A stretch of DNA of 64,000 nucleotides, taken from NCBI GenBank assembly GCA_963839295.1, contig CAWIUK010000015.1:43347-107346 (forward strand), written 5' to 3'. The notes under the pieces were generated by a model. That model made no database searches. It was not told the origin of the DNA and saw only the letters and a list, made by a program, of their open reading frames with translations. Shown one piece after another: positions 8,840-18,088 of this stretch. The stretch comes from an uncultured Acidobacteriota bacterium. GTDB lineage: Bacteria; Acidobacteriota; Thermoanaerobaculia; UBA5066. Position 1 is the stretch's first letter. Every line of letters starts with the position of its first letter. The translations under genes were made by a program, and so were the position numbers.

Positions 8840-9810
8840 ACGACCTCGGAGGCCTCGCCCGCGCGGGGCGGGCCCTCGACCATGACCTTGTTGCGGCCGC
8901 CCTCCTTCGCGGCGTAGAGCGTCGCGTCGGCGCGGGCGACGAGCCCCTCGAGCGTCGCGCGCTCGAACCGGGGCTCGTGGACGGCGATCCCGGCGGAGAT
9001 CGTGACGGGCCTCTCGACGCGCGGGGGCTCCAGGGCCGCGACCGCCTTCCGCAGGCGCTCGAGGGCGCGGACGGCCGCGACCGCGTCCGCCTCGACGAGG
9101 AGCAGGACGAACTCCTCGCCGCCGTAGCGCCCCGCGAGGTCGATCGCGCGGATCGTCCTCGTGATCGCATCCGCGACGGCGCCGAGCGCCGCGTCTCCCG
9201 CGGGATGCCCGTGGGCGTCGTTGAACGCCTTGAAGTGGTCGAGGTCGAGCATCGCGAGCGAGAGGCAGCGGCCCGTCCGCTCGGCGCGGACGAGCTCGGC
9301 GCGCGCCCGCTCCCGGAAGGCGGAACGGTTCAGGAGGCCCGTGAGCGGGTCCGTCGTGGCGCGGGCGAAGAGGCGGCGCTCCTCGTCCACGACGGTCGGC
9401 AGGAGGAGGACCGTGAAGAGGAGAAAGCCGGCGCCGAGCGGCGGCACGACGGTCCTCGCGAGGAGGATCGCGTGCCGCTGCGCGGTTTCCGCGAGGCCAG
9501 CCAGGAGAAGGCAGCTCGCGGCGGCGAAGACGAACGCCCGGGTCCGGCGGGACCCGTGGCGGAGGTCGAAGAGAAGGAGGCAGGCGAAGAGAGCGAGAAG
9601 CGCGGCCGCACCCGTGTCGAGGGGATGGGGCGCCCCCGGGGCGGCGAGCGGAAGGGCGAGGACGAGCGCGGCCGAGAACGCGAGGCCCGCGTAAAGGCCG
9701 AGCGTCCGGCGGCTCCGGGACGCGACGAGGAGCGTGAGCGCGACGAGGCCGAATGCGGCGGCCGTGAGCGCGCAGAGGAGCGCGGCGACCTGCGCGGCCG
9801 TGAGCGTCAT
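8830..9810 (-). CDS. membrane-anchored GGDEF diguanylate cyclase
   Basis: N-terminal TM helices followed by a GGDEF domain (LDLDHFKAFNDAHGHPAGD...RYGGEEFVLLL). It overlaps the aspC-like 3' end by 10 bp (convergent). Confidence 0.75.
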   Translation of the reverse strand: MTLTAAQVAALLCALTAAAFGLVALTLLVASRSRRTLGLYAGLAFSAALVLALPLAAPGAPHPLDTGAAALLALFACLLLFDLRHGSRRTRAFVFAAASCLLLAGLAETAQRHAILLARTVVPPLGAGFLLFTVLLLPTVVDEERRLFARATTDPLTGLLNRSAFRERARAELVRAERTGRCLSLAMLDLDHFKAFNDAHGHPAGDAALGAVADAITRTIRAIDLAGRYGGEEFVLLLVEADAVAAVRALERLRKAVAALEPPRVERPVTISAGIAVHEPRFERATLEGLVARADATLYAAKEGGRNKVMVEGPPRAGEASEVVYR

Positions 9811-9861
9811 GCCGGAGACGATTCTACGTTCGCCGTGCCATCATCGCGCCGGGAGAATCCG

Positions 9862-12265
9862 ATGAAGCGTTTCGTCCTTGCGGCCGCCGCGGCGGCCCTC
9901 GTCCTGGCCCCGTCCTCCTTCGCCGCGACCTCGTACAAGCTGCCGCCGAAAGAGGTCGTCGAGATCCTCGACGCCGCCGTTCCTCCACAGGTGCGCCTCA
10001 GTCCGACGGGGGACGCGGCCCTCCTCGTCGACGTCGAGCCGAACCCGCCGCTTTCGGTCGTGGCCGAGCCGTTCCTCAGGCTCGCGGGCGTCCGGCTCGT
10101 GCCCGCGCGCGGCGCCCTTCAGCACCTGTTCTACGCCTCCGGCCTGTCGGTCCTGTCGCTGCCGGAGGGACGGAGCGCGCGGGTCGCGGTGCCGGCCGGG
10201 TCGCGCCTCGGGATGCCCGTTTTCTCGCCGGACGGCTCGGCGTTCGCGTTCACCCGCGACGCGGACGACCGGATGGAACTCTGGCTCGGAGAGACGAAGA
10301 CCGGCCACGCGGCTCCGGTTCCCGGAGTCCGGCTGAACGACGTGGCGGCCGAAGCGCTGCGGTTCTCGGCCGACTCGCGCACGCTGTGGCTCCTCGCGAT
10401 CCCCGCCGATCGCGGGCCCGCGCCGCCCGAGCCGGCCGTCCCGCAGGGGCCGGTCGTCGAGGAGACGTCCGGGAGGAAGGCCCAGGTCGCCACGTTCGAG
10501 GACCTCCTCAAGAGCTCGCGCGACGAGGACCTGTTCGGGCACTACGCGACCTCGCAGGTCGTCAAGCTCGACGTCGCGTCGAAGCGGACGGCTCCCGTCG
10601 GCGCCCCCGGGTTTTACACGCGGCTCGACCCGTCGCCGGACGGGCGTTACCTCCTCGTCGCCCGGATGCAGCGGCCGTTCTCCTACCGCGTGCCGTTCCA
10701 GGACTTCCCGCACGCGCTCGAGAGTCTGGGACGGCTCGGGGCGGGCCCTCGGCGTCGTGGCGGACCTCCCGCTCGCGGACCAGACGCCGCGGCAGGGCGT
10801 CCCCACGGGCCCGCGCCACGTCGAGTGGCAGCCGATGGAGGAGGCCTCGCTCTTCTGGACCGAGGCCCTCGACGGCGGCGACCCGCTCCGGAAGGTCCCG
10901 TTCCGCGAATCTCTCCGGACGATCCGGGCGCCGTTCGCGGGCGAGGCCCGCGAGGTCCGCCAGCTCGTCCACCGCTTCCAGGACGTCCAGTGGACCGTGA
11001 CGCCCGGGACGGCGATCGTGACGGAGTACGACCGCGCCCGCCGCTGGCGGACGACTTCCGTGATCGACCTCGACAACGCCTCGACGCCGCCGAAGGTCCT
11101 GTTCGACCTCTCGGCGCAGGACGCGTACAAGGACCCGGGTCGCTTCGTCCTCGCGACGTCGCGCCGCGGCCGCCGCACGATCGTGCAGGAAGGCGTCGTC
11201 GCGTTCCTCTCGGGAGAGGGCGCGACGCCCGGAGGCGCGCAGCCGTTCCTCGACGCCGTCGACCTCTCGACCGGCGAGACCCGCCGCCTCTTCCAGTCGC
11301 CGGACGGCGCGCTCGAGCGCTTCGTCGGGTTCCTCGGGGAGAGCCGGATGAAGATCGTGACGCGCCGCGAGACGCCGTCCGACCCCCCGAACCTCTGGCT
11401 CGTCGACCTCGCGCAGCACCAGCGCACGAAGCTCACGGACTTCAAGGACACCGCGCCGAAGTTCGCCGGCGTCAGGAAGGAGATCCTCAAGTACACGCGC
11501 GCCGACGGCGTCGCGCTCTCGGGGACCCTCTACCTGCCCGCGGGCACCGAGGCCGGCACGCGGCTGCCCTGCCTCATCTGGGCGTACCCGCTCGAGTACT
11601 CGGACGCGGGCACGGCCGGGCAGGTCCGGGCCTCGCCGAACGCGTTCACTCGGCCCCAGGGAGCCTCGCCCCTGTTCTTTCTGACGCAGGGCTGGGCCGT
11701 CCTGATGGACGCGACGATGCCCGTCGTCGGCGACCCCGAGAAGATGAACGACACGTACGTGGACCAGATCACGGGGGCCGCGAAGGCGGCGATCGACGCG
11801 CTGGACGCCCGAGGCGTCGTCGACCGCAGGAAGGTCGTCGTGGCCGGCCACAGCTACGGGGCCTTCATGACGGTGAACCTCCTCGCGCACAGCGACCTGT
11901 TCGCCGCCGGCATCGCGCGGAGCGGGGCCTACAACCGGACGCTGACGCCGTTCGGCTTCCAGACCGAGCGCCGGACGTACTGGGAGGCGCCCGAGACGTA
12001 CCTCAAGGTGTCGCCGTTCACGTACGCGGACAGGATCAAGACGCCGCTCCTTCTCATCCACGGCGAGGCCGACAACAACTCCGGCACGTTCCCGATCCAG
12101 TCCGAGCGCCTGTACGCCGCGATCCAGGGGAACGGCGGGACCGCCCGGCTCGTCCTTCTTCCGGGCGAGGCGCACGGCTACCGCGCGCGCGAGAGCGTCC
12201 TCGACGTACTGGCCGAGATGCTGGAGTGGGGGAAGCGCTGGACGGCGGAGAGCCCGGCTCCGTAG
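9862..12265 (+). CDS. S9-family serine peptidase (prolyl oligopeptidase / dipeptidyl peptidase-like), reading frame interrupted by an apparent +1 frameshift near 10720-10760
   Basis: Signal peptide MKRFVLAAAAAALVLAPSSFA and beta-propeller segments in frame 1 up to ...FQDFPHALE. The protein continues in frame 2 (VWDGSGRALGVVADLPLADQ ... GHSYGAF ... HGEADNN catalytic triad region) to the stop at 12265. Confidence 0.7.
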
Positions 12266-12270
12266 GCGTT

Positions 12271-13848
12271 TCAGCCGGGGGGAAACATGCTCGTGAGGAG
12301 GTGCTTCTGCACCTTCCCGAGTGCGTTCCGGGGCAGCTCCGCGACGGCGATGACGTCGCGGGGCTTCTTGTAGTCCGCGAGGTTGGCGGCCGCGAAGGAG
12401 GCGACCTCCGCGCAGGCCGCCGCGGGCTCGCAGCCCGCGGCGAGGACAAGGGCGGCGGCGACGCGCTGGCCCCAAACGCGGTCCTCGACGCCGACGACGG
12501 CCGCGTCCCTCACGGACGGGTGGCGCCGGAGGACGTCCTCGATCTCCCGCGCGGCGATCTTGTAGCCGCCGCTCTTGATGATGTCGACGGACTTCCGGCC
12601 CGCGATCGTGATGTAGCCGTCCGCGCTCCTGCGCGCGACGTCGCCGGTCAGGAACCAGCCGTCGCGGAAAGACGCGGCCGTTTCGGCTTCCCGGCCCCAG
12701 TAGCCGTTCATGATCCCGTCGCTCTTCACGACGATCTCGCCCAGCTCGCCGTCCGCGACGTCGCGCCCCGCGTCGTCGACGATGCGGACGGCGCCGCCCG
12801 GCGCCGGCAGGCCGACGGTGCCGGGCCGGCGCTCGCCGTCGTACGGGTTTGAGAGCGTGAACAGCGTCTCGCTCATCCCGTAGCGCTCGAGGATCGCGTG
12901 CCCCGTCCGCGCGCGGAAGGCCTCGAAGTCCGCCGCGGGCAGGGGCGCGCTGCCGGCGGTGAAGAGGCGCGCCCGCCGCAGGGCCGCGGCGGCCTCCGGG
13001 TGCGCGTCGAGGTGCTCGAGGAGCCGCACGTACATCGTCGGGACGCCCATGAAGACCGTCGCGCCCTCCTCCGCGAAAGCCCGGACCACGCGGGCCGCGT
13101 CGAAGCGCGCCTCGAGGAGGAGCGTCAGGCCGTTCACGAGCATCCCGGCGACGCCGAGGACGAGCCCGTGCACGTGGAAGAGCGGCAGCGCGAGGACGAG
13201 ACGGTCTTCCGGCGTGAAGCGCCACAGGCCCGTCACCGACGCCGTGTTGTCCGCGAGCGCCCTGTACGACAGCGCGACGCCCTTGCTCTTGCCGGTCGTG
13301 CCCGACGTGTAGATGAGCATCGCCACGTCCCCGTCCCGGGGTGCCGTGGCTCGAGCGGGGTCCGAAGAGAGATTCTTCCTGGAAGGTGAAGAGGGGGAGC
13401 CCGCAGCGGCCGCGGACGGCGGTCCCGCCGGGAACGCCTCTCGAAGCGCGATCACGTGCTTCAGATGCTCCGGGCACCTTCCAAGAATCTCTCTTAGAAC
13501 CCCGGTGCATTCTTCATCTTCGCCGCCCACGAGCACCGCCGCCGCCCCCGAGTCCTCGAGGATGTGCCGGGCCTCGTCCGCCTTGTAACGCGTGTTGATC
13601 GGGACGTGGACGACGCCGGACTCCAGGTGGGCGACGAACGCGGCGACCACCTCGGGGCACGTCTCGGCGAAGACGGCGACGCGGTCGCCGCGGCGGATGC
13701 CGAGGGACCTCAGCCTGTCAGCGTAGTGATTCGCGAGACGCTGTATCTCCTCGAACGTGTAAGAGCGCCCGTTCCACACCACGGCCGGATGCGCCGAGCG
13801 GCTCTGCAGGCAACCGAGGAGGCGATCGTGCGCAGCGGCAGTGGTCAT
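12271..13848 (-). CDS. AMP-dependent synthetase/ligase (acyl-CoA synthetase family) carrying an in-frame repeat unit
   Basis: AMP-binding motif [14 protein letters not shown], a C-terminal ...GKVQK block, 525 aa. The most likely start is ATG at 13846-13848 (MTTAAAH); the track start at 13866 is a TTG inside a repeat arm. Confidence 0.8.
   Translation of the reverse strand: MTTAAAHDRLLGCLQSRSAHPAVVWNGRSYTFEEIQRLANHYADRLRSLGIRRGDRVAVFAETCPEVVAAFVAHLESGVVHVPINTRYKADEARHILEDSGAAAVLVGGEDEECTGVLREILGRCPEHLKHVIALREAFPAGPPSAAAAGSPSSPSRKNLSSDPARATAPRDGDVAMLIYTSGTTGKSKGVALSYRALADNTASVTGLWRFTPEDRLVLALPLFHVHGLVLGVAGMLVNGLTLLLEARFDAARVVRAFAEEGATVFMGVPTMYVRLLEHLDAHPEAAAALRRARLFTAGSAPLPAADFEAFRARTGHAILERYGMSETLFTLSNPYDGERRPGTVGLPAPGGAVRIVDDAGRDVADGELGEIVVKSDGIMNGYWGREAETAASFRDGWFLTGDVARRSADGYITIAGRKSVDIIKSGGYKIAAREIEDVLRRHPSVRDAAVVGVEDRVWGQRVAAALVLAAGCEPAAACAEVASFAAANLADYKKPRDVIAVAELPRNALGKVQKHLLTSMFPPG
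13362..13520. repeat. inverted-arm repeat unit 4, inside the acyl-CoA synthetase CDS and in-frame
   Basis: Forward arm CCGAAGAGAGATTCTTCCTGGAAGGTGAAGAGGGGGAG at 13362-13396. Reverse arm CACCTTCCAAGAATCTCTCTTAGAACCCCGGTGCATTCTTCATCTT at 13475-13520. On the coding strand the arms encode GEDEECTGVLREILGRCP and GSPSSPSRKNLSSD. Confidence 0.8.
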
Positions 13849-13849
13849 G

Positions 13850-13896
13850 CCCTCTTCACCTTCCAAGAAAATCTTCTTCCGTTCCGTTCTTCGTCT
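13850..13896. repeat. solo arm filling the whole 48-bp gap between the livF stop and the acyl-CoA synthetase start; it supplies a Shine-Dalgarno-like GGAAGGTGAAGAG 4-7 nt upstream of the ATG
   Basis: CCCTCTTCACCTTCCAAGAAAATCTTCTTCCGTTCCGTTCTTCGTCTC. On the minus strand this reads ...GATTTTCTTGGAAGGTGAAGAGGGC-ATG. Confidence 0.75.
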
Positions 13897-14616
13897 CTAG
13901 ACCGACGCGTACCCGAGGTACCGGTCGCGGACGCCGTGGTCGTTGCGGAGGTCCTCGGCGCGGCCCGAGAGCGTGATCGTGCCCGTCTCCATCACGTACG
14001 CCCGGTCCGCGAGCGCGAGCGCATGCGGGACGTTCTGCTCGACGAGGACGATCGTGACGCCGCGCCCGCGGATGGCCCTGAGCGACGCGAACACCTCCTT
14101 GACGAGGAGAGGGGAGAGGCCGAGGGCGGGCTCGTCGAGGAGGAGGAGGCGCGGCTGCGCCATCAGGCCCCGCCCGATCGCGCACATCTGCTGCTCGCCG
14201 CCCGAGAGCGTGCCCGCCTTCTGGTGGATCCGGCGCTTCAGGACCGGAAACATCGCGAAGACCTCCTCGAGCGTCGCGTCGGCCTTCGCGCGCGCGGCGC
14301 GCGGGTAAGCCCCCATCCGGAGGTTCTCGAGGACCGACATCCCCGGCCAGAGCTGGCGGCCCTCGGGAACGAGGACGAGGCCGCGGGCCGCGAGCGCGTG
14401 CGCCGGCGACCCGCCCACGACGTCGCCTTCGAAGACGACGCGCCCCGCGCGCGGCGCGAGGAGGCCGGCGACGGTCTTGAGCGTCGTGGACTTGCCGGCG
14501 CCGTTCGCGCCGACGAGCGTCACGACCTCGCCTTTCTCGACGGAGAAGGAAAGGCCGCGCACGGCCTGGACGTCGCCGTAGAACACGTCGACCGCTTCGA
14601 CGGAGAGGAGGCTCAC
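13897..14616 (-). CDS. livF: branched-chain amino-acid ABC transporter ATP-binding protein LivF (operon 1)
   Basis: Walker A GANGAGKST, signature LSGGEQQM, Walker B LLLLDEP. The GTG start overlaps the livG stop (GTGA). Confidence 0.85.
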   Translation of the reverse strand: MSLLSVEAVDVFYGDVQAVRGLSFSVEKGEVVTLVGANGAGKSTTLKTVAGLLAPRAGRVVFEGDVVGGSPAHALAARGLVLVPEGRQLWPGMSVLENLRMGAYPRAARAKADATLEEVFAMFPVLKRRIHQKAGTLSGGEQQMCAIGRGLMAQPRLLLLDEPALGLSPLLVKEVFASLRAIRGRGVTIVLVEQNVPHALALADRAYVMETGTITLSGRAEDLRNDHGVRDRYLGYASV

Positions 14617-15353
14617 GAGGCGGCCTCCTCGTCGCCGAGGTAGGCCGAGACGACGGCCGGGTCGGAGAGGACCTCGCGGGGCGCACCCTCCGCGATCTTC
14701 TCGCCGAAGTTCAGGACGAGGATGCGGTCCGTGACGCCGGCCACCGCGTGGACGTGGTGCTCGATCATGAGGACGGTCACGCCCGCGTCGCGGATGCTGC
14801 GGACGAGCCCCATCGCGGCCACGATCTCGGAGGGGTTCAGGCCGCCCATGACCTCGTCGAGGCACAGGCAGGCCGGCTCGGTCGCGAGGGCGCGCGCGAT
14901 CTCGAGGCGCTTGAGGTCGCCGATCGGGAGAGTGCCCGCGAGCGCGCGGGAGCGCGGCGCGAGGCCGGTCCGCTCGAGGACGTCCGCGACGAGCCGCCGG
15001 GCCTCCGCCCCGCGGCGGCGGCCCGCGCCGAAGTGCGCGCCGATCGAGACGTTCTCCTCGACCGTCATGTCCCGGAAGGGCCGGACGATCTGGTGCGTGC
15101 GGGCGAGGCCGCGACGGACGACGACGTTCGTCGGGAGGCCGTTCAGGCGATCGCCCCGGAACCGGATCTCGCCGGCCGTGACCGACTGCGCGCCGACGAG
15201 GCACGAGAAGAGCGTCGTCTTGCCCGCGCCGTTCGGCCCGATGACGCCGAAGATCTCCCCGGACGCGACGTCGAACGACACGCCCGTGAGCGCGGTCAGG
15301 CCGCCGAAGCGCTTCGTGACGCCGCGGACGGAGAGGAGCGGCTCAGCCGGCAC
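14613..15353 (-). CDS. livG: branched-chain amino-acid ABC transporter ATP-binding protein LivG (operon 1)
   Basis: GPNGAGKTT, signature LPIGDLKRLEIARALA, LCLDEVMGGL. Confidence 0.85.
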   Translation of the reverse strand: MPAEPLLSVRGVTKRFGGLTALTGVSFDVASGEIFGVIGPNGAGKTTLFSCLVGAQSVTAGEIRFRGDRLNGLPTNVVVRRGLARTHQIVRPFRDMTVEENVSIGAHFGAGRRRGAEARRLVADVLERTGLAPRSRALAGTLPIGDLKRLEIARALATEPACLCLDEVMGGLNPSEIVAAMGLVRSIRDAGVTVLMIEHHVHAVAGVTDRILVLNFGEKIAEGAPREVLSDPAVVSAYLGDEEAAS

Positions 15354-16299
15354 GCGCGGCCTCCGGCGGCGGGGCCGGCGTGCGGCGCACGCGCGCGCCG
15401 AAGCGGCGCGCGAGGCCGACGAGGCCCTTCGGCTCGTAGAGCATCACGAGGATCAGGAGCCCCCCGTAGAGGAAGAGGTACGAGTCGCGGAGCGCGGGAA
15501 TCGACAGCAGCTTGATCTGGAGCGTCGAGAACACGATCGCCCCGAGTACGGGCCCGGCCACGGTCCCGACGCCGCCCACGATAGGCGCGAGGACGATCGA
15601 GAGGCTGAGGCGGAAGTCGAAGACCGAGCCCGGCGCGATGTACTGGAAGTTGATCGCGTAGAGGGAGCCCGCGAGCGCCACGAGCGCGGCGGACAGCGCG
15701 TGCGCGCCGAGCTTGAACCGCGTCGAGCCCACGCCGAGCGCCTCGGCGGCGTCGATGTCCTGCTTGATCGCGGCGAGCGCGTGCCCGAACGCGCTCCTCT
15801 TCACGAGGGCCGAGATCGCGACCGTGACGACCGCGAGGGCGGCCATGGCCTCGTAGTTCAGCGTGAAGTCGAACGACCCCGGGGGCATCCTCAGGCCGCT
15901 CGAGCCGCCCGTGAACGAGACGCTCGAGGCCACGACGCGCACGGCCTCGCCCACGCCGATCGTGGCGATCGTGAAGTACGGCCCGCGCAGCCGGAACGCG
16001 GGAAGGCCGATCGCGACCGAGAAGAGGGCGGAGAGGACGGCTCCGAGCGGCAGCGTCCAGAACGGGTTGACCCCCTGCAGCGACAGGAGGACCGTCGTGT
16101 ACGCGCCGATCCCGAGGAACGCCGAGTACCCGAGCGAGACCTGTCCCGCGAAGCCGCCGAGGATGTTCCAGGCCGCGGCGAGGATGACGGCGAACGCGAG
16201 GTTCCAGACGTCGTTCAGCGTGCCGCGCTCGAGGAAGAGCGGGGCGGCGAGGGTCCACGCGGCCAGGGCGGCGCCCGCGGCGAGCGGAAGCCGCTTCAT
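15343..16299 (-). CDS. livM: branched-chain amino-acid ABC transporter permease LivM (operon 1)
   Basis: Polytopic permease (MKRLPLAAGAALAAW...). Its ATG overlaps the livH stop (ATGA). It is the C-terminal 319 aa of the artefactually extended ORF 15343..17538. Confidence 0.8.
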   Translation of the reverse strand: MKRLPLAAGAALAAWTLAAPLFLERGTLNDVWNLAFAVILAAAWNILGGFAGQVSLGYSAFLGIGAYTTVLLSLQGVNPFWTLPLGAVLSALFSVAIGLPAFRLRGPYFTIATIGVGEAVRVVASSVSFTGGSSGLRMPPGSFDFTLNYEAMAALAVVTVAISALVKRSAFGHALAAIKQDIDAAEALGVGSTRFKLGAHALSAALVALAGSLYAINFQYIAPGSVFDFRLSLSIVLAPIVGGVGTVAGPVLGAIVFSTLQIKLLSIPALRDSYLFLYGGLLILVMLYEPKGLVGLARRFGARVRRTPAPPPEAARAG

Positions 16300-17195
16300 C
16301 TGAAGGCCGCTCGCGCGCGCGCGACGAGGCCGGGAAGGCCCTGCGGAAAGACGACCAGCGCCACGAAGAGGAGCGTGAACGAGGCGGCGTCCTCGAGGGA
16401 CGTCGGGAGCGTCGTCCACGCGCCGAGGGCGTTCTCGAGGAACGCGAGGACGAGCGCGCCCGCCGCGACGCCGGTGACGCTCTCCATGCCCCCGAGGACG
16501 ATGATGCAGAACGCCTTGAGGAGGAAGCTCCGGCCGAAATCGGGCGTGAACGCGTAGAGCGACGACAGCATCCCGCCGGCGACGCCCGCGAACGCGGTCC
16601 CGAGCCCGAAGGCCGTCGCCGAGATGCGGTCCGCGTCCACGCCCGCGAGGAGGGCCGCGTCGCGGTTCTGCGTGACGGCGCGGATCGCGCGCCCGAGGTA
16701 CGTGGCCCGGAGCACGACGTTCAGGAAGACGAGCGAGAGGACGCTGCCGAGGAAGACGAAGAGCGAGGGGACGCCGACCCTGACGCCGAAGACCGGGAGG
16801 GACTTCATCGTGTACGGCGTCAGGATCGACTGCGTGTCGCCGCCCCAGACCGCGTACGCGAAGTTCTGGAGGACGAGCCAGACGCCGAAGAGGAGGAGGA
16901 GGGACTCCATCGACGGCGTGGCTCCGGAGCGGGGGAGCCGGCTCACGACGAGGCGGTACAGGACGACGCCGAACAGGAAGAAGAGCGGGCCGACGACGAG
17001 GAGCGAGAGAAACGGGTCGAGCGCGAAGCGCGAAAACAGCGCGAACGTCGCGTAGGCGCCCAGCATCATGAGGCCCGCGTGCGCGAGGTTGATGATCCGC
17101 ATGACGCCGTAGATGACTGCGAGGCCGTACGCCATGGTCGCGTACAGCGCCGCGGAGATCACGGTGTTGACGAGGACCCCGGCAACGTCCGTCAC
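16296..17195 (-). CDS. livH: branched-chain amino-acid ABC transporter permease LivH (operon 1)
   Basis: 299-aa polytopic permease with LivH-like blocks (INLAHAGLMMLGAY...). Confidence 0.85.
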   Translation of the reverse strand: MTDVAGVLVNTVISAALYATMAYGLAVIYGVMRIINLAHAGLMMLGAYATFALFSRFALDPFLSLLVVGPLFFLFGVVLYRLVVSRLPRSGATPSMESLLLLFGVWLVLQNFAYAVWGGDTQSILTPYTMKSLPVFGVRVGVPSLFVFLGSVLSLVFLNVVLRATYLGRAIRAVTQNRDAALLAGVDADRISATAFGLGTAFAGVAGGMLSSLYAFTPDFGRSFLLKAFCIIVLGGMESVTGVAAGALVLAFLENALGAWTTLPTSLEDAASFTLLFVALVVFPQGLPGLVARARAAFR

Positions 17196-17239
17196 GGAGG
17201 CGAGAGCGTAGCAGGCCGGGGCGGGAGGCGTAACCTTCC

Positions 17240-18088
17240 GTGCGGCGGAAGATGAAACGCGGACTCCTCGGCGGACTCCTCGGATTCCTCGGGCGCGACG
17301 GCGGGGCGCCGCACGGCGACCCCGTCGCGCTCGCCCGGCCCGACGCCGGGAGCGCCGTCGCCCTGCACCTCGCCGCCGAGCCGCGCAGGCAGGAGCTCTT
17401 CCGGAGGCTCAACCGCGCGCCCGGCGGCACCGCCGGCCTCGTCCGGATGCGCGAGGATCTGCTGCACCTGCTCGGAGGCCACCCGCAGCTGGAAGCCGTC
17501 GACGCCGACTTCGTCCACCTCTTCTCGTCGTGGTTCAACCCGGGCCCTCGACGACGATCCGCTCATCTTCGTGGAGGTCGCCCTCACGGAGGACGTCCCG
17601 GGCGCGATCGCGCCGCTTCTCGCACACGACCTGCGCCCGCTCCCGCTCCGCCGCGCCGCGACCGCCGTCTTCTACTCGACGTCGAACTGCCAGGCCGGCC
17701 TCAGGGGGATCACCTGACGCCCGCGGACCGGCAGGCCCTGCGCGCCCTCGACGCCGACCCCGGACGCGGCCTCGAGTCGGCGCCCCGGCCGCTCCGGAGG
17801 CTCCTCACGGCCGCCGTCGCGCACTACCTCCTCGCCGCGTGCGCCGGCCCGCGCCGGCCGGCGGATCCCGTGGCACGATTCCATTTCGGGAACGGCGCGC
17901 GGCTCGAGGCCGTCCACTGGATGGGCGACCCGTCGCCGCACGGCCTCGAGACCGCCGCGGGCTTCATGGTCAACTACCGGTACGACCTCTCGCGGATCGA
18001 GCGGAACCATCAGCTCTTCGAGAACCGCGGCGAGCGCGTGGCGTCGCACGCCGTCCGGCGCCTCCTGCGCCGGGGGGACGCGGGCTAG
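17240..18088 (+). pseudogene. malonyl-CoA decarboxylase-like gene remnant (N-terminally truncated, two internal frameshifts)
   Basis: MCD-like blocks lie in frame 2 (LVRMREDLLHLL...FVHLFSSWFN) and then in frame 3 (PLIFVEVALTEDVPGAIAPLLAHD...AVFYSTSNCQAGLRGIT followed by a stop). The sequence returns to frame 2 for ...YLLAACAGPRRPADPVARFHFGNGARLEAVHWMGD...MVNYRYDL. Only about 280 codons remain, against about 430 expected. Confidence 0.5.
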
